A DNA stretch of 64,000 nt from Haliotis cracherodii (Eukaryota): assembly GCF_022045235.1 (NCBI RefSeq), contig NW_027266271.1:27776001-27840000 (forward strand), in the 5' to 3' direction. Each line of letters opens with the position of its first letter. Within the stretch, counting starts at the first letter, position 1. A model generated the notes under the pieces. The model was not told the DNA's origin. It searched no databases and was given only the letters and a program-made list of their open reading frames with translations. The position numbers and the translations under genes were made by a program. Of this stretch, positions 1 through 13,163 are shown piece after piece.

Positions 1-61
1 GTTAAACCAGTGACTGAAATTATGAGTGAAGTCCCATTTTGGTAACATTTCAAATCATCAC

Positions 62-410
62 TTAAATAAATTATCACATAACCTTCAGTTATCACATGTC
101 CATCAGTTATCACATTACCCATCATTTATCACATAACCATCAGTTATCAAATGACCATCAGTTGTGACATGACCATCAGTTATCACATGACCATCAGTTG
201 TCACACGACCATCAGTTGTCACATGACCATCAGTTGTCACATGACCATGAGTTGTCACATGACCATCAGTTGTCACATGACCATCAGTTATCACATAAAC
301 TATCAGCTATCACATAAGCTATCAGTTATCACATGACCATCAGTTATCACATAAACTATCAGTTATCACATAACCATCAGTTATCACATGACCATTAGTT
401 ATCACATGAC
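62..410. repeat. Minisatellite, ~18-bp unit (CATGACCATCAGTTRTCA)
   Basis: Directly visible tandem units; produces the spurious ORF 151..336. Confidence 0.95.
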
Positions 411-1187
411 CTAGTTCTGCATAACTGGACTGTGACACTTTATGGTGGTCGTGGAGATACATCTGGCCCTCTCCGTCTGCTAGTGTTCACAGGATATTAC
501 CGGGGTTGTGGTTTAGTGACAGAAGCAATTTCATGGCACATTATTGCTACCACAATCATAAGAAAGTCATAAGAATAGTACCAGTTGTAGATAAGGTTTG
601 TTGTACCTATTACCTATTTTAACTGGTGCATGGCAAGTAGAAGGCAATGAACCCATTTTGTGGAACAGTGGAAGCTGCTTGCATGGTTAGTCGGTCAGTC
701 TGGTCAATGCATGCCAGTAGCGCAGTAAAGGAGACTCGTGCAATCTTAGGAGGAATGGGATTTTGAGGAAAATATGTTGACTGGTATGTTTGACTTTATG
801 TATTTTGTGATGTACGTCCTCTAAAACAACAGCAGGCATTCCTAGCAGTGCTAATAGGATGGTGAGCCTGAATGCGGTGTTAATTGAAAACCATTGTTCT
901 GCCATAACCACATATTTATTCAGGAAACATGTGTGTTTATGGCATATATTCATGATATGACTGGTGTGACCTAATCTGGAAGTTATCCGGATAAAGAATA
1001 CGCATCACATTTTTAGCTTTTCAAAGAATATTTACTGTATGTGAAGCTTTTGTAATTTCTATCTTTCAACATTTCTAAATTCTAATATTATCCCTTAATT
1101 CAAATGAGAGTTTATTAAATTGTTGTTGTTTTTTATATTGCCATTTGTATATAAGAAATATATGAACCTTTACATAAACTATAGCTA

Positions 1188-1435
1188 CTGTACTGCTCTA
1201 AAAGGTTTGGTGGAGGGGCGCACACATGTGGCCTCTGGCACCACAATTTGCTGTGCAGTGTTACCTCCCTTACCAATCCCAGGATCTGCTGCTAATGGGT
1301 TCAGATCACAGTAGATTTGTCCTGATTATGTAAATTGCCTAGATTATATCAGTACAATACCTGAGTTAGTGGATTGAACTCTACAACATATCCAGTTTAG
1401 AGTGGTATTTCTAGTATACACTCACTCACTCCATG
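1188..1435 (+). mobile_element. SINE-like dispersed repeat with (ACTC)n tail; inverted copy at 12923-13163
   Basis: Reverse complement matches 12923-13163 over ~240 bp; 5' part resembles 14340-14435 and 44400-44500. Confidence 0.75.
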
Positions 1436-1579
1436 AATCTGTCAGCAATATCATTTATTGAGAAGTCAGTAAGGTGGTTTAATTATTTATCTTAATTACC
1501 GTCTGCTGTCTTGTTTGAGATTGCACAGATGTAGGGCTTACTGAAGTTCTGAATAGCCAGACACACATTAAGTAGATGT

Positions 1580-2592
1580 GGCTGCTAGAGTTGAAAAGGG
1601 GACAAGTATAGGCTGCTAGAGTTGAGAAGGGGATGCCAATAGGCTACTAGAGTTGAGAAGAGTTGAGAATAGGCTACTAGAGTTGAGAAGGGGAAGCCAA
1701 TAGGCTACTAGAGTTGAGAAAGGGACAAGTATAGGCTGCAAGAGTTGAGAAGGGGATGCCAATAGGCTACTAGAGTTGAGAAGGGGATGCCAATAGGCTA
1801 CTAGAGTTGAGAAGGAGATGAGTACAGGCTGCTAGAGTTGAGAAGGAGATGAGTAAGGGCTGCTAGAGTTGAGAAGGGGATGCCAATAGGCTACTAGAGT
1901 TGAGAAGGAGATGCCAATAGGCTGTTAGAGCTGAGAAGGAGATGCCAATAGGCTGTTAGAGCTGAGAAGGAGATGAGTATAGGCTGCTAGAGTTGAGAAG
2001 GGGATGCCAATAGGCTACTAGAGCTGAGAAGGAGATGCCAATAGGCTACTAGAGTTGAGAAGGAGATGACAATAGGCTACTAGAGTTGAGAAGGAGATGC
2101 TAATAGGCTACTAGAGCTGAGAAGGGGATGCCAATAGGCTGTTAGAGTTGAGAAGGGGATGCCAGTAGGCTACTAGAGTTGAGAAGGAGATGCCAATAGG
2201 CTACTAGAGTTAAGAAGGAGATGCCAATAGGCTACTAGAGTTGAGAAGGAGATGACAATAGGCTACTAGAGTTGAGAAGGAGATGCTAATAGGCTACTAG
2301 AGCTGAGAAGGAGATGACAATAGGCTACTAGAGTTGAGAAGGAGATGCCAATAGGCTACTAGAGTTGAGAAGGGGATGCCAATAGGCTACTAGAGTTGAG
2401 AAGGGAATACCAATAGGCTACTAGAGTTGAGAAGGGAATACCAATAGGCTACTAGAGTTGAGAAGGGGATGCCAATAGGCTACTAGAGTTGAGATGGGGA
2501 TGGCAATAGGCTACTAGAGTTGAGAAGGGGTTACAGTAGGCTCATAGAGTTGAGAAGGGGGTGACAATTGGCTACTAGAGTTGAGAAGGGGA
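1580..2592. repeat. Minisatellite, 31-bp unit (ATAGGCTACTAGAGTTGAGAAGGGGATGCCA)
   Basis: ~32 tandem copies with variants. Confidence 0.95.
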
Positions 2593-3194
2593 AGAGAATC
2601 GAATGGGGTGATTGTTTTATTAAGTATATGCTCTGGGGTCTGTACGAGAGACCATGGCTGTATGTCTGACATGATGTCTGACCTCACCATCAACCTCAAG
2701 ACTGTACTTTCATCACACATCCAAAACATGGTTGGTCATGATTAATAGCTACCATGGGGACAAATTACCCAGCAGCTAACTACCAGCCCCACAAGACATC
2801 AGGCATGAATGAAGGTCATATTCAGGAGCCATTGCTTTCAGATGATGTATCACCAGCCATCTTGTTTTCCCGATCTCGGACCATGTGTTTATTGTCTCTA
2901 CCTCCCATCCCATGCTTAGAGGATTATTGGCACATTTGCTTTCCGTTATTTTCTTGATATGTGATTATTATTGTGGTATTTGTAGCATCAATATTTCATT
3001 TATCCATATGCGATTTGCTGTTGATGTCTGCACCATATTATTGTTATTTGGGGGCAAAGGTGGCCTTGGGATGGAGATGCATCTCGCTGTGGAGAGTGGC
3101 CTCCCTTAGTTGTGGGTTTCAATACCAGGTTGGCCTTGATCATTGTCCCTATATTTTCTCATTAGTTTCACAACAGTCATAAAAGTCCTTGATC

Positions 3195-3280
3195 TGTGGT
3201 GCTTTCAGATTTCCTCATACATGAAATTGACGACCATGATATAAACAAAATATTGTTTTAAAACAATATTAAAATTTTAA
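3195..3280 (+). mobile_element. Decayed SINE 3' end
   Basis: TTTCCTC...ATTGACGACCATGATATAAACAAAATATTG resembles the 3' module of the other SINEs in the window. Confidence 0.4.
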
Positions 3281-3377
3281 AATCATATTTTTATCCAATT
3301 TAACTCACTGCCTACTAGCACTACTTTTATATTGTAATAAGGCATTTAATCCACTCAAAATGTTACAGAGTTATTCA

Positions 3378-3792
3378 CTTCCCAAGGGAACAGCTACACA
3401 TGCAGTAATTCCTTACCTGCCCCCAGGGAACAGCTACACATGCAGTTGTCCTTCACCTGCCCCCAGGGAACAGCTACACATGCAGTAGTCCCTCCTGAAA
3501 GACCTGCCCCCAGGGAACAGCTACACATGCAGTTGTCCTTCACCTGCCCCCAGGGAACAGCTACACATGCAGTTGTCCTTCACCTGCCCCCAGGGAACAG
3601 CTACACATGCAGTAGTCCCTCCTGAAAGACCTGCCCCCAGGGAACAGCTACACATGCAGTTGTCCTTCACCTGCCCCCAGGGAACAGCTACACATGCAGT
3701 TGTCCTTCACCTGCCCCCAGGGAACAGCTACACATGCAGTTGTCCTTCACCTGCCCCCAGGGAACAGCTACACATGCAGTAGTCCCTCCTGA
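3378..3792. repeat. Minisatellite, 40-bp unit with a 44-bp variant
   Basis: CACCTGCCCCCAGGGAACAGCTACACATGCAGTTGTCCTT tandem, ~10 copies. Confidence 0.95.
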
Positions 3793-4035
3793 GAGCTGAC
3801 CTCGGAACAGGGAAAACCCAATACTGAATGCCTGCCAGCTGTGAACATGAGGAAACTAATCAGGAAATTGGGTGTTTAGTTGCAAGTACTAATGGTCAGC
3901 TTGTCAGGGGGTCATTTCAGGCCTTTAGACTCATGGGGAATGTTGATGATAGGAACTTTAAGAAGCAGGTGAATAACTCGATGCAGCTTTGAACCTATTT
4001 CCCCCTACCCCTCCTTTGATTGATTCACAGCTCTC

Positions 4036-6288
4036 ATCCATGCACATCTCACCCCCCCTCCCGATGTACATCTCACCCCCTTCCCCATGCACATCTCACC
4101 CCCTCTCCATGTACATCTCACCCCCTCCCCATGTACATCTCACCCCCCTCCCCATGCACATCTCACCCCCCTCCCCATGCACATCTCACCCCCCTCCCAA
4201 TGTACATCTCACCCCCCTGCCCATGTACATCTCACCCCCCTCCCCATGCACATCTCACCCCCCTCCCCATGCACATCTCACCCCCCTCCCCATGTACATC
4301 TCACCCCCCTCCCCATGCACATCTCACCCCCTCCCCATGTACATCTCACCCCCCTCCCCAGGCACATCTCACCCCCTCCCCATGTACATCTCACCCCCCT
4401 CCCCATGTACATCTCACCCCCCTCCCCATGTACATCTCACCCCCCTCCCCATGTACATCTCACACCCACACACACACACCCACACCCACATCCCCACTCC
4501 ATCCATGTACATCTCACTCCCTCCCTACCCCCTCCCCATGTACATCTCACACACCCACACCCACACCCACACCCATACTTCATCCATGTACATCTCACCC
4601 CCTCCCCATGTACATCTCACCCTGCCACACCCACATCCCCACTCCACCCATGTACATCTCACTCCTCCCTACCCCAGCCATGTACATCTCACCCCTCCCT
4701 ACACCAGCCAGGTACATCTCACCCCTCCCTACCCCAGCCATGTACATCTCACCCCTTCCTACACCAGCCAGGTACATCTCACCCCTCCCTACCCCAGCCA
4801 GGTACATCTCACACCTCTCTACCCCAGCCAGGTACATCTCACCCCTCCCTACCCCAGCCATGTACATCTCACCCCTCCCTACCCCAGCCAGGTACATCTC
4901 AACCCTCCCTACCCCAGCCAGGTACATTTCACACCTCCCTACCCCAGCCATGTACATCTCACCCCTCCCTACCCCAGCCAGGTACATCTCACCCCTCCCT
5001 TCCCCATCCAGGTACATCTCACACCTCTCTACCCCAGCCAGGTACATCTCACCCCTCCCTACCCCAGCCATGTACATCTCACCCCTATACCTACCCAAGC
5101 CAGGTACATCTCAACCCTCCCTACACCAGCCATGTACATCTCACCCCTCCCTACCCCAGCCAGGTACATCTCACCCCTCCCTACCCCAGCCAGGTACATC
5201 TCACCCCTCCCTACCTACCCTAGCCAGGTACATCTCACCCCTCCCTACCCCAGCCAGGTACATCTCACCCCTCCCTACCCCAGCCAGGTACATTTCACAC
5301 CTCCCTACTCCAGCCATGTACATTTCACACCTCCCTACCCCAGCCATGTACATTTCACACCTCCCTACCCCAGCCATGTACATCTCACCCCTCCCTACAC
5401 CAGCCAGGTACATCTCACCCCTCCCTACCCCAGCCATGTACATTTCACACCTCCCTACCCCAGCCAGGTACATCTCACCCCACCCCCCTACCACCTACCC
5501 CAGCCATGTACATTTCACACCTCCCTACCCCAGCCATGTACATCTCACCCCTCCCTACACCAGCCAGGTACATCTCACCCCTCCCTACCCCAGCCATGTA
5601 CATTTCACACCTCCCTACACCAGCCAGGTACATCTCACCCCACCCCCCTACCACCTACCCCAGCCATGTACATTTCACACCTCCCTACCCCAGCCATGTA
5701 CATCTCACCCCTCCCTACACCAGCCAGGTACATCTCACCCCTCCCTACCCCAGCCATGTACATTTCACACCTCCCTACACCAGCCAGGTACATCTCACCC
5801 CACCCCCCTACCACCTACCCCAGCCATGTACATTTCACCCCTCCCTACCCCAGCCATGTACATTTCACACCTCCCTACCCCAGCCAGGTACATCTCACCC
5901 CTCCCTACCCCAGCCATGTACATTTCACACCTACCTCCCCCAGCCATGTACATCTCACCCCTCCCTACACCAGCCAGGTACATCTCACCCCTCCCTACCC
6001 CAGCCATGTACATTTCACACCTCCCTGCACCAGCCAGGTACATCTCACCCCTCTCTACCCTAGCCAGGTACATCTCACCCCTCCCTACACCAGCCAGGTA
6101 CATCTCACCCCTCCCTACCCCAGCCATGTACATTTCACACCTCCCTACCCCAGCCATGTACATCTCACCCCTCCCTACCCCAGCCATGTACATTTCACAC
6201 CTCCCTACCCCAGCCATGTACATCTCACCCCTCCCTACCCCAGCCATGTACATCTCACCCCTATACCTACCCAAGCCAGGTACATCTC
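4036..6288. repeat. C-rich compound minisatellite: 23-24-bp unit changing to a 30-bp unit (CAGCCAKGTACATYTCACCCCTCCCTACCC)
   Basis: Shared core GTACATCTCACCCC; source of the spurious 778- and 771-aa ORFs. Confidence 0.95.
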
Positions 6289-6574
6289 GTGTCAGACAGG
6301 CAATGTGGTGTACTGCTCAACATGATCAACAGTAAAGTTTGTAAATGTTTGCTTGCCAGTGCTTCTCTGTACATACAGCCTTGCATGTCTCCCTCCCCCT
6401 CCAAACCTTTTGTTTCAGACCTTCTTGGCTCATTACTAAGCTTTCTTTAAACTTACATAATGAATCCTTACAGTATTTGAATCCATATCTTTTTTTACAT
6501 CCATTTGCTCTACAAGAGTGGACACCTGGCATTTTTGACAGGGACACCTAATTTCTTGGTCATAAATTCTTGCA

Positions 6575-6745
6575 GGGGCGGTCGGGTAGCCTAGTGGTTA
6601 AAGCATTGGCTCGACACGCCGAAGACCTAGGTTCAATTCCCGACATGGGTACAATGTGTGAAGCCAATTTCCGGTGTCCCCCGCCGTGATATTGCTGGAA
6701 TATTGCTAAAAGCGGCGTAAAACCATACTCACTCACTCACTCATT
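6575..6745 (+). mobile_element. tRNA-derived SINE family 1, full length, (ACTC)n tail
   Basis: A box TAGCCTAGTGG, B box GGTTCAATTCC, TSD AATTCTTGCA (6565-6574 / 6746-6755). Confidence 0.95.
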
Positions 6746-7324
6746 AATTCTTGCAACACATGCATTTCCGTTGTCTATCTACAGTGTGAACAGCATGACG
6801 TAAAAAGAAAACTACAAATTGGCTTGTTGTTCATGGGCTTCATAATTATCTTTTTTCAAATCATGACAGTTCATGAAATGGATGTTCCCGAGCAGGTACT
6901 GATGAGTATAAGGTAAAAAGTTACAACACCTCACCAGATGTTTTAATGGCATTAGTTTCCAAGTAAGCAATCATCTTCCCTAACACAAGCTTTTCAAATG
7001 AAAATATGGTTTATTGGCAAGCTACTGATTTCTTCCCCTACACAGATAAACACACTCCTCACGTACATGTTGTAGACTCCTGACATTTACTCATCACACT
7101 GAGCTTGATGTTCTTATCAGCTTCATCACAGAGTCCAACCCATACAAACAGGTCCTATATCATACTGAGCTGATATTGCTTGACATTTATAAATGAACAA
7201 TGAGATACTAGTGACAGTATTTTCTCGAATCTGTAAAGCATCAAGATGGTTTTCACTTGTTTTGTTCAAATCTCCAGCAATAATACACTTTCATCATGGA
7301 ATCAAACAGAACCTTTCTGTCCAT

Positions 7325-8205
7325 AAAAACAAGTCCTAAGTCCTACTTTTATTGCTTGATATTTATAAATGAATGATTAGTTTTAATGTGTATGTTTCCA
7401 ATCCACACACTAAAGCATGTTCAAAGCACTACAAAATGGATCAGTGTGCTCTCAAGTTTCATTCTCAGCTCCCTGGCAGCTTTGAGGTCATTGGTGTCAT
7501 CATAGCGCTTTCCACGAAGGTGTTCTTTCAGTTTAGGAAACAGGTGGAAATCACTTGGTGCCAGGTTTGGCAAGAATGGAGGGTGAGGAAGCCTACCAAC
7601 CCACATTGAAATACCCCTCAATTAGCTCTATCTTTTCTCTGGAAATGTCAGTTCTTTTTTTACATCTGATCAGAATTTAGAAACCCAACGAGCAGACATC
7701 TTATTCATCTGTAAATGTTCATGAGTAATAGTTTCAATGGATCCATGGCTTAGACCTGTGTCTTCCTCAAGTTTAGCAATGGTAATACGTCTCTATCTGA
7801 CAGTATAAGTTTTTCTATCTTCTTGATTGAATCTTCATTGATGGAAGTTATGGGACATCCATACCAAGGGTCATCATCAAGGCTTGCAGCCCAACGTGTA
7901 ACAGTGGATTAGCTAGGACACTTGTCCCCAAACACTTGTGACATGTGGTCATGAATTTCTTGGGGAGTACCTTTCTCTAAAGTAAACAGATGTGATGATT
8001 GCTCAGTACTCGTTCTTGTTCCATTTCTGTGTCCATTTGGGACCCTTATCATGTTCGACTGGTTGTCACTAATCTACAAACCGCCGCAACAGACCAAATA
8101 CACTTGCAATGAACTACTCGAACAATGTACTACATTGAGTGGGTCACTGTGTTATGGCCCATAGTTGAAAGTTAGTCAGGCTTAGAACTTTTTGACCAGC
8201 CCTCG
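7325..8205 (-). mobile_element. Mariner transposon remnant, internally deleted, transposase pseudogene
   Basis: Minus strand gives GTPQEIHDHMSQVFGDKCPS*STVTRW...HEHLQMNKMSARWVSK (HTH and WVP-like motif) and PHPPFLPNLAPSDFHLFPKLKEHLRG (YSPDLAPSD-like motif). Terminus TA-CGAGGGCTGGTCAAAAAGTTC at 8207; other TIR degraded. Confidence 0.9.
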
Positions 8206-8307
8206 TACATCTGCTTCAGTGTGGAGCAGGTAGGAATCCCTAGCAACACCAAGGATGATGAGTCAATTTGCCAAAAGCGGTCACCTATTCAACTACAACC
8301 AATCTTG

Positions 8308-8473
8308 GGGGCGGTTGGGTAGCCCCGTGGTTAAAGCGTTTGCTCGTCACGCCGAAGACCCAGGTTCGATTCCCGACATGGGTACAATGTGTGAAGCCCA
8401 TTTCTGGTGTCCCCCGTCGTGATATTGCTGGAATATTGTTAAAAGCGGCGTAAAACCAAACTCACTCACTCAT
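8308..8473 (+). mobile_element. tRNA-derived SINE family 1, full length
   Basis: A/B boxes, (ACTC)n tail, 14-bp TSD TACAACCAATCTTG (8294-8307 / 8474-8487). Confidence 0.95.
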
Positions 8474-9065
8474 TACAACCAATCTTGCTTTACTTAACCT
8501 GATTTGTGACCTGGACACAGGAACACATGACAATATTTTCAAAATCAGTAGAGAATCAAGATGGTTATCAATATCAAGAACTGTGTTTGGTCCAAATCTC
8601 CATGATTCATACACTCATTGTTTAGAACATTAGAATCTGAAGTGAGAATCAGTTATTACCACCGAGATCCACATCATGACTGATGGAGACATGGATGAAG
8701 CTGACACCATTGTGCAACATCTGGACATGTCAGTGCACTAGTTCCACAGATGGAGCCAGGAGGAGGGGTGATATACAGCCCATCCTGGTGAATACGGCAT
8801 GGTATTTTGTATCTAGTGATGAAATAATGTATTTATCCCAAAATATCAAATCAATATTGCACTCGAGTGAAATATCACTTTGTGTTGGAACTATTTCATC
8901 CTGCCTGAACTATGATATGGTGGCATGCACACATCTCTTGAAGGTTTGGCGACATGGGAAGCCAAGTTGTCTGACACATAGCGATACACATTCACATTTT
9001 AGAGTTACGACCCTTATCTGTGCAGGATCTGCTGAGTATGGATTTGAATACTAGACTTGACTTTA

Positions 9066-11538
9066 CAACTGCCTCTCATTGGGTGACACACCATGACTAG
9101 ACTGCCTCACATTGGGTGACAAGCCATGACTAGACTGCCTCACATTGGGTGACAGGCCATGACTAGACTGCCTCACATTGGGTGACAAGCCATGACTTGA
9201 CTGCCTCACAATGGGTGACAGGCCATGACTAGACTGCCTCACATTGGGTGACAAGCCATGACTTGACTGCCTCACATTGGGTGACAGGCCATGACTAGAC
9301 TGCCTCACATTGGGTGACAAGCCATGACTTGACTGCCTCACATTGGGTGACAGGCCATGACTTGACTGCCTCACATTGGGTGACAAGCCATGACTTGACT
9401 GCCTCACATTGGGTGACAGGCCATGACTAGACTGCCTCACATTGGGTGACAAGCCATGACTTGACTGCCTCACATTGGGTGACAGGCCATGACTAGACTG
9501 CCTCACATTGGGTGACAGGCCATGACTAGACTGCCTCACATTGGGTGACAGGCCATGACTAGACTGCCTCACATTGGGTGACAAGCCATGACTTGACTGC
9601 CTCACATTGGGTGACAAGCCATGACTTGACTGCCTCACATTGGGTGACAGGCCATGACTAGACTGCCTCACATTGGGTGACAGGCCATGACTAGACTGCC
9701 TCACACTGGGTGACAGGCCATGACTAGACTGCCTCACATTGGGTGACACACCATGACTAGACTGCCTCACATTGTGTGACAAGCCATGACTTGACTGCTT
9801 CACATTGTGTGACACACCATGACTTGACTGCCTCACATTGGGTGACACTCCATGACTTGACTGCCTCACATTGTGTGACAAGCCATGACTTGACTGCCTC
9901 ACATTGTGTGACAAGCCATGACTTGACTGCCTCACATTGGGTGACACTCCATGACTTGACTGCTTCACATTGGGTGACAAGCCATGACTTGACTGCCTCA
10001 CATTGTGTGACACACCATGACTTGACTGCCTCACATTGGGTCACAAGCCATGACTTGACTGCCTCACATTGTGTGACAAGCCATGACTTGACTGCCTCAC
10101 ATTGGGTGACACACCATGACTTGACTGCCTCACATTGGGTGACAAGCCATGACTTGACTGCCTCACATTGGGTGACAGGCCATGACTAGACTGCCTCACA
10201 TTGGGTGACAAGCCATGACTTGACTGCCTCACATTGGGTGACAGGCCATGACTAGACTGCCTCACATTGGGTGACAGGCCATGACTAGACTGCCTCACAT
10301 TGGGTGACAGGCCATGACTAGACTGCCTCACATTGGGTGACAAGCCATGACTTGACTGCCTCACATTGGGTGACAAGCCATGACTTGACTGCCTCACATT
10401 GGGTGACAGGCCATGACTAGACTGCCTCACATTGGGTGACAGGCCATGACTAGACTGCCTCACATTGGGTGACACACCATGACTAGACTGCCTCACATTG
10501 GGTGACACACCATGACTTGACTGCCTCACATTGGGTGACAGGCCATGACTAGACTGCCTCACATTGGGTCACAAGCCATGACTTGACTGCCTCACAATGG
10601 GTGACACACCATGACTTGACTGCCTCACATTGGGTGACAGGCCATGACTAGACTGCCTCACATTGGGTGACAGGCCATGACTAGACTGCCTCACATTGGG
10701 TGACAGGCCATGACTAGACTACCTCACATTGGGTGACACTCCATGACTAGACTGCCTCACATTGGGTGACAGGCCATGACTAGACTGCCTCACATTGGGT
10801 GACAGGCCATGACTAGACTGCCTCACATTGGGTGACAGGCCATGACTAGACTGCCTCACATTGGGTGACAGGCCATGACTAGACTGCCTCACATTGGGTG
10901 ACAGGCCATGACTAGACTGCCTCACATTGGGTGACAGGCCATGACTAGACTGCCTCACATTGGGGGACAGGCCATGACTTGACTGCCTCACATTGGGTGA
11001 CAGGCCATGACTAGACTGCCTCACATTGGGTGACAGGCCAAGACTTGACTGCCTCACATTGTGTGACAGGCCATGACTAGACTGCCTCACATTGTGTGAC
11101 AAGCCATGACTAGACTGCCTCACATTGGGTGACAGGCCATGACTAGACTGCCTCACATTGGGTGACACACCATGACTAGACTGCCTCACATTGGGTGACA
11201 GGCCATGACTTGACTGCCTCACATTGGGTGACAGGCCATGACTAGACTGCCTCACATTGGGTGACACACCATGACTAGACTGCCTCACATTGGGTGACAG
11301 GCCATGACTTGACTGCCTCACATTGGGTGACAGGCCATGACTAGACTGCCTCACATTGGGTGACACACCATGACTAGACTGCCTCACATTGGGTGACAGG
11401 CCATGACTTGACTGCCTCACATTGGGTGACAGGCCATGACTAGACTGCCTCACATTGGGTGACAGGCCATGACTTGACTGCCTCACAATGGGTGACACAC
11501 CATGACTTGACATTGCTCAAAGATTGCCTCACATTGGG
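9066..11538. repeat. Minisatellite, 33-bp unit (CCATGACTWGACTGCCTCACATTGGGTGACARG)
   Basis: ~74 tandem copies; source of the RQSSHGLSPNV ORFs. Confidence 0.97.
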
Positions 11539-11916
11539 AATAATTTGGCTAGTCTATGTTGTCTGCCCTAGAATTAATCAATGTTCAAGGCTCTGTTTGG
11601 ATTTTACTTTTTATTTTGTAGATATATATTTTAAAATAAGATAACTATATTTCAAGGACTAATTATTAGTTTAAGTATAGAAGCTATGCATGCTGCTGTT
11701 GTACTGACCGGTCATTTCAAATGAGGCTAAGGGATCTGACATTCTAGTTCAACACTTGCAATTGTTTTTAACTTAGAACTAAACTTTTAAGGAGGACAGA
11801 AAAAGTTTGCAAAGATCAATTTTCAAGAGCTGAGAAAACACCATACTAACCCTTGTCAGGAGTTATTTGAGTTTGTCACCTAACACCTATGAAATAAGCA
11901 GCAGCATATATGTAGC

Positions 11917-12134
11917 TGTTGAAGACTTGTTGAAGACTTGTTGAAGACTCGTTGAAGACTTGTTGAAGACGTGTTGAAGACTCATTGAAGACTTGTTGAA
12001 GACTCATTGAAGACTCATTGAAGACTTGTTGAAGACTTGTTGAAGACTCATTGAAGACTTGTTGAAGACTCGTTGAAGACTTGTTCAAGACTTGTTCAAG
12101 ACTTGCTGAAGACTCATTGAAGACTTGTTGAAGA
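11917..12134. repeat. Minisatellite, 11-bp unit (GTTGAAGACTT/ATTGAAGACTC)
   Basis: ~20 tandem copies. Confidence 0.95.
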
Positions 12135-12922
12135 ATCCTAGCGTGCTCAGAAAAGATATGCGAATATCTCTATCCATACGGTGCTGTGCCAAACCCAGAC
12201 CAGACATTATAGACCTGTAAGCACTGCTTCAGTTTCATCTACGCACACAGGAATGAGAAGGAGCCCTTGTGCTGGCTGGGAATGAGTAAGGAGATCCGAC
12301 AATGCTGGGGCAGTGGCACTTGACTCATCTAGGGCCTATAGACACATGAAAGTCAGACCTCTGTAAATATTCACACCTTAATCACCTCTTTGCTTATAGA
12401 CAGGAACAATCTGTTTATTCATGCTGGTCATAATATTTTAAGCTTTTTGATATGTTGTTGTGGTTCTTATGTGGTGCCATTCAAGATAATTAAGATGTAA
12501 TTGCTTCATGTGGTTTTCATTTTCTTTAGCGCATATCTTCATAGTTGTGTTCATTAAGAAAGTGATTACATTATCTGCATCCAACGTCATGGAAACCACA
12601 GTGAGTGCAATCGGATGTAGGCTAGCTGTGTTGGCTTTATTATGTATAGTGTTTTATGCTTCAGTTTTCTTTCAATATATGGGTCAATTCAGCCTGATTA
12701 TGCACAGTTGATCATCAGCATAGGTAGAAGTGGGACAGGCCCCTTCTTCCACACATTGTACATGCATCATATCTACAATGTAGTTTTCTTTATTTGGAGC
12801 CTTCCTTGATGGACCTGGATGCAACATTGACTGGTTTTCTGATATATTTGTTCTGTAAGCAATCAATTCTTAATTACTGCCTAGTTCTGCATACATTGAG
12901 GTTCTGTGATATGATAGTTACC

Positions 12923-13163
12923 CATGGAGTGAGTGAGTGAGTGATGCCACTCTAAACTGCATATGTTGTAGAGTTCAATCCACAAACTCAGGTATTGTAC
13001 TGATATAATCTAGGCAATTTACACAATCAGGACAAATCTACTGTGATTTGAACCCCTTAGCAGCAGATCCTGACATTGCTAAGGGAGGTAACACTGCACA
13101 GCAAATTGTGGTGCGAGAGGCCACCTATGTGCCCCCTCCACCATACCTTTTAGAGCAAAACAG
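12923..13163 (-). mobile_element. SINE-like repeat, inverted copy of 1188-1435
   Basis: Reverse-complement similarity; followed by a (GTGA)n microsatellite. Confidence 0.75.

Noticed and set aside
3989-6335. 778- and 771-aa Pro/His-rich ORFs resembling extensin or mucin
   Set aside because: Open in several frames and on both strands because the minisatellite lacks stops; unit lengths are often not multiples of 3; no splice or start context
6575-6650. tRNA genes at SINE heads (also 8308, 25454, 40595, 45790, 45922, 56290)
   Set aside because: A/B boxes only, no full cloverleaf; most continue into SINE bodies with tails and TSDs
9063-11513. RQSSHGLSPNV repeat ORFs, or a CRISPR-like array
   Set aside because: Pure 33-bp tandem with no unique spacers and no cas genes; eukaryotic context
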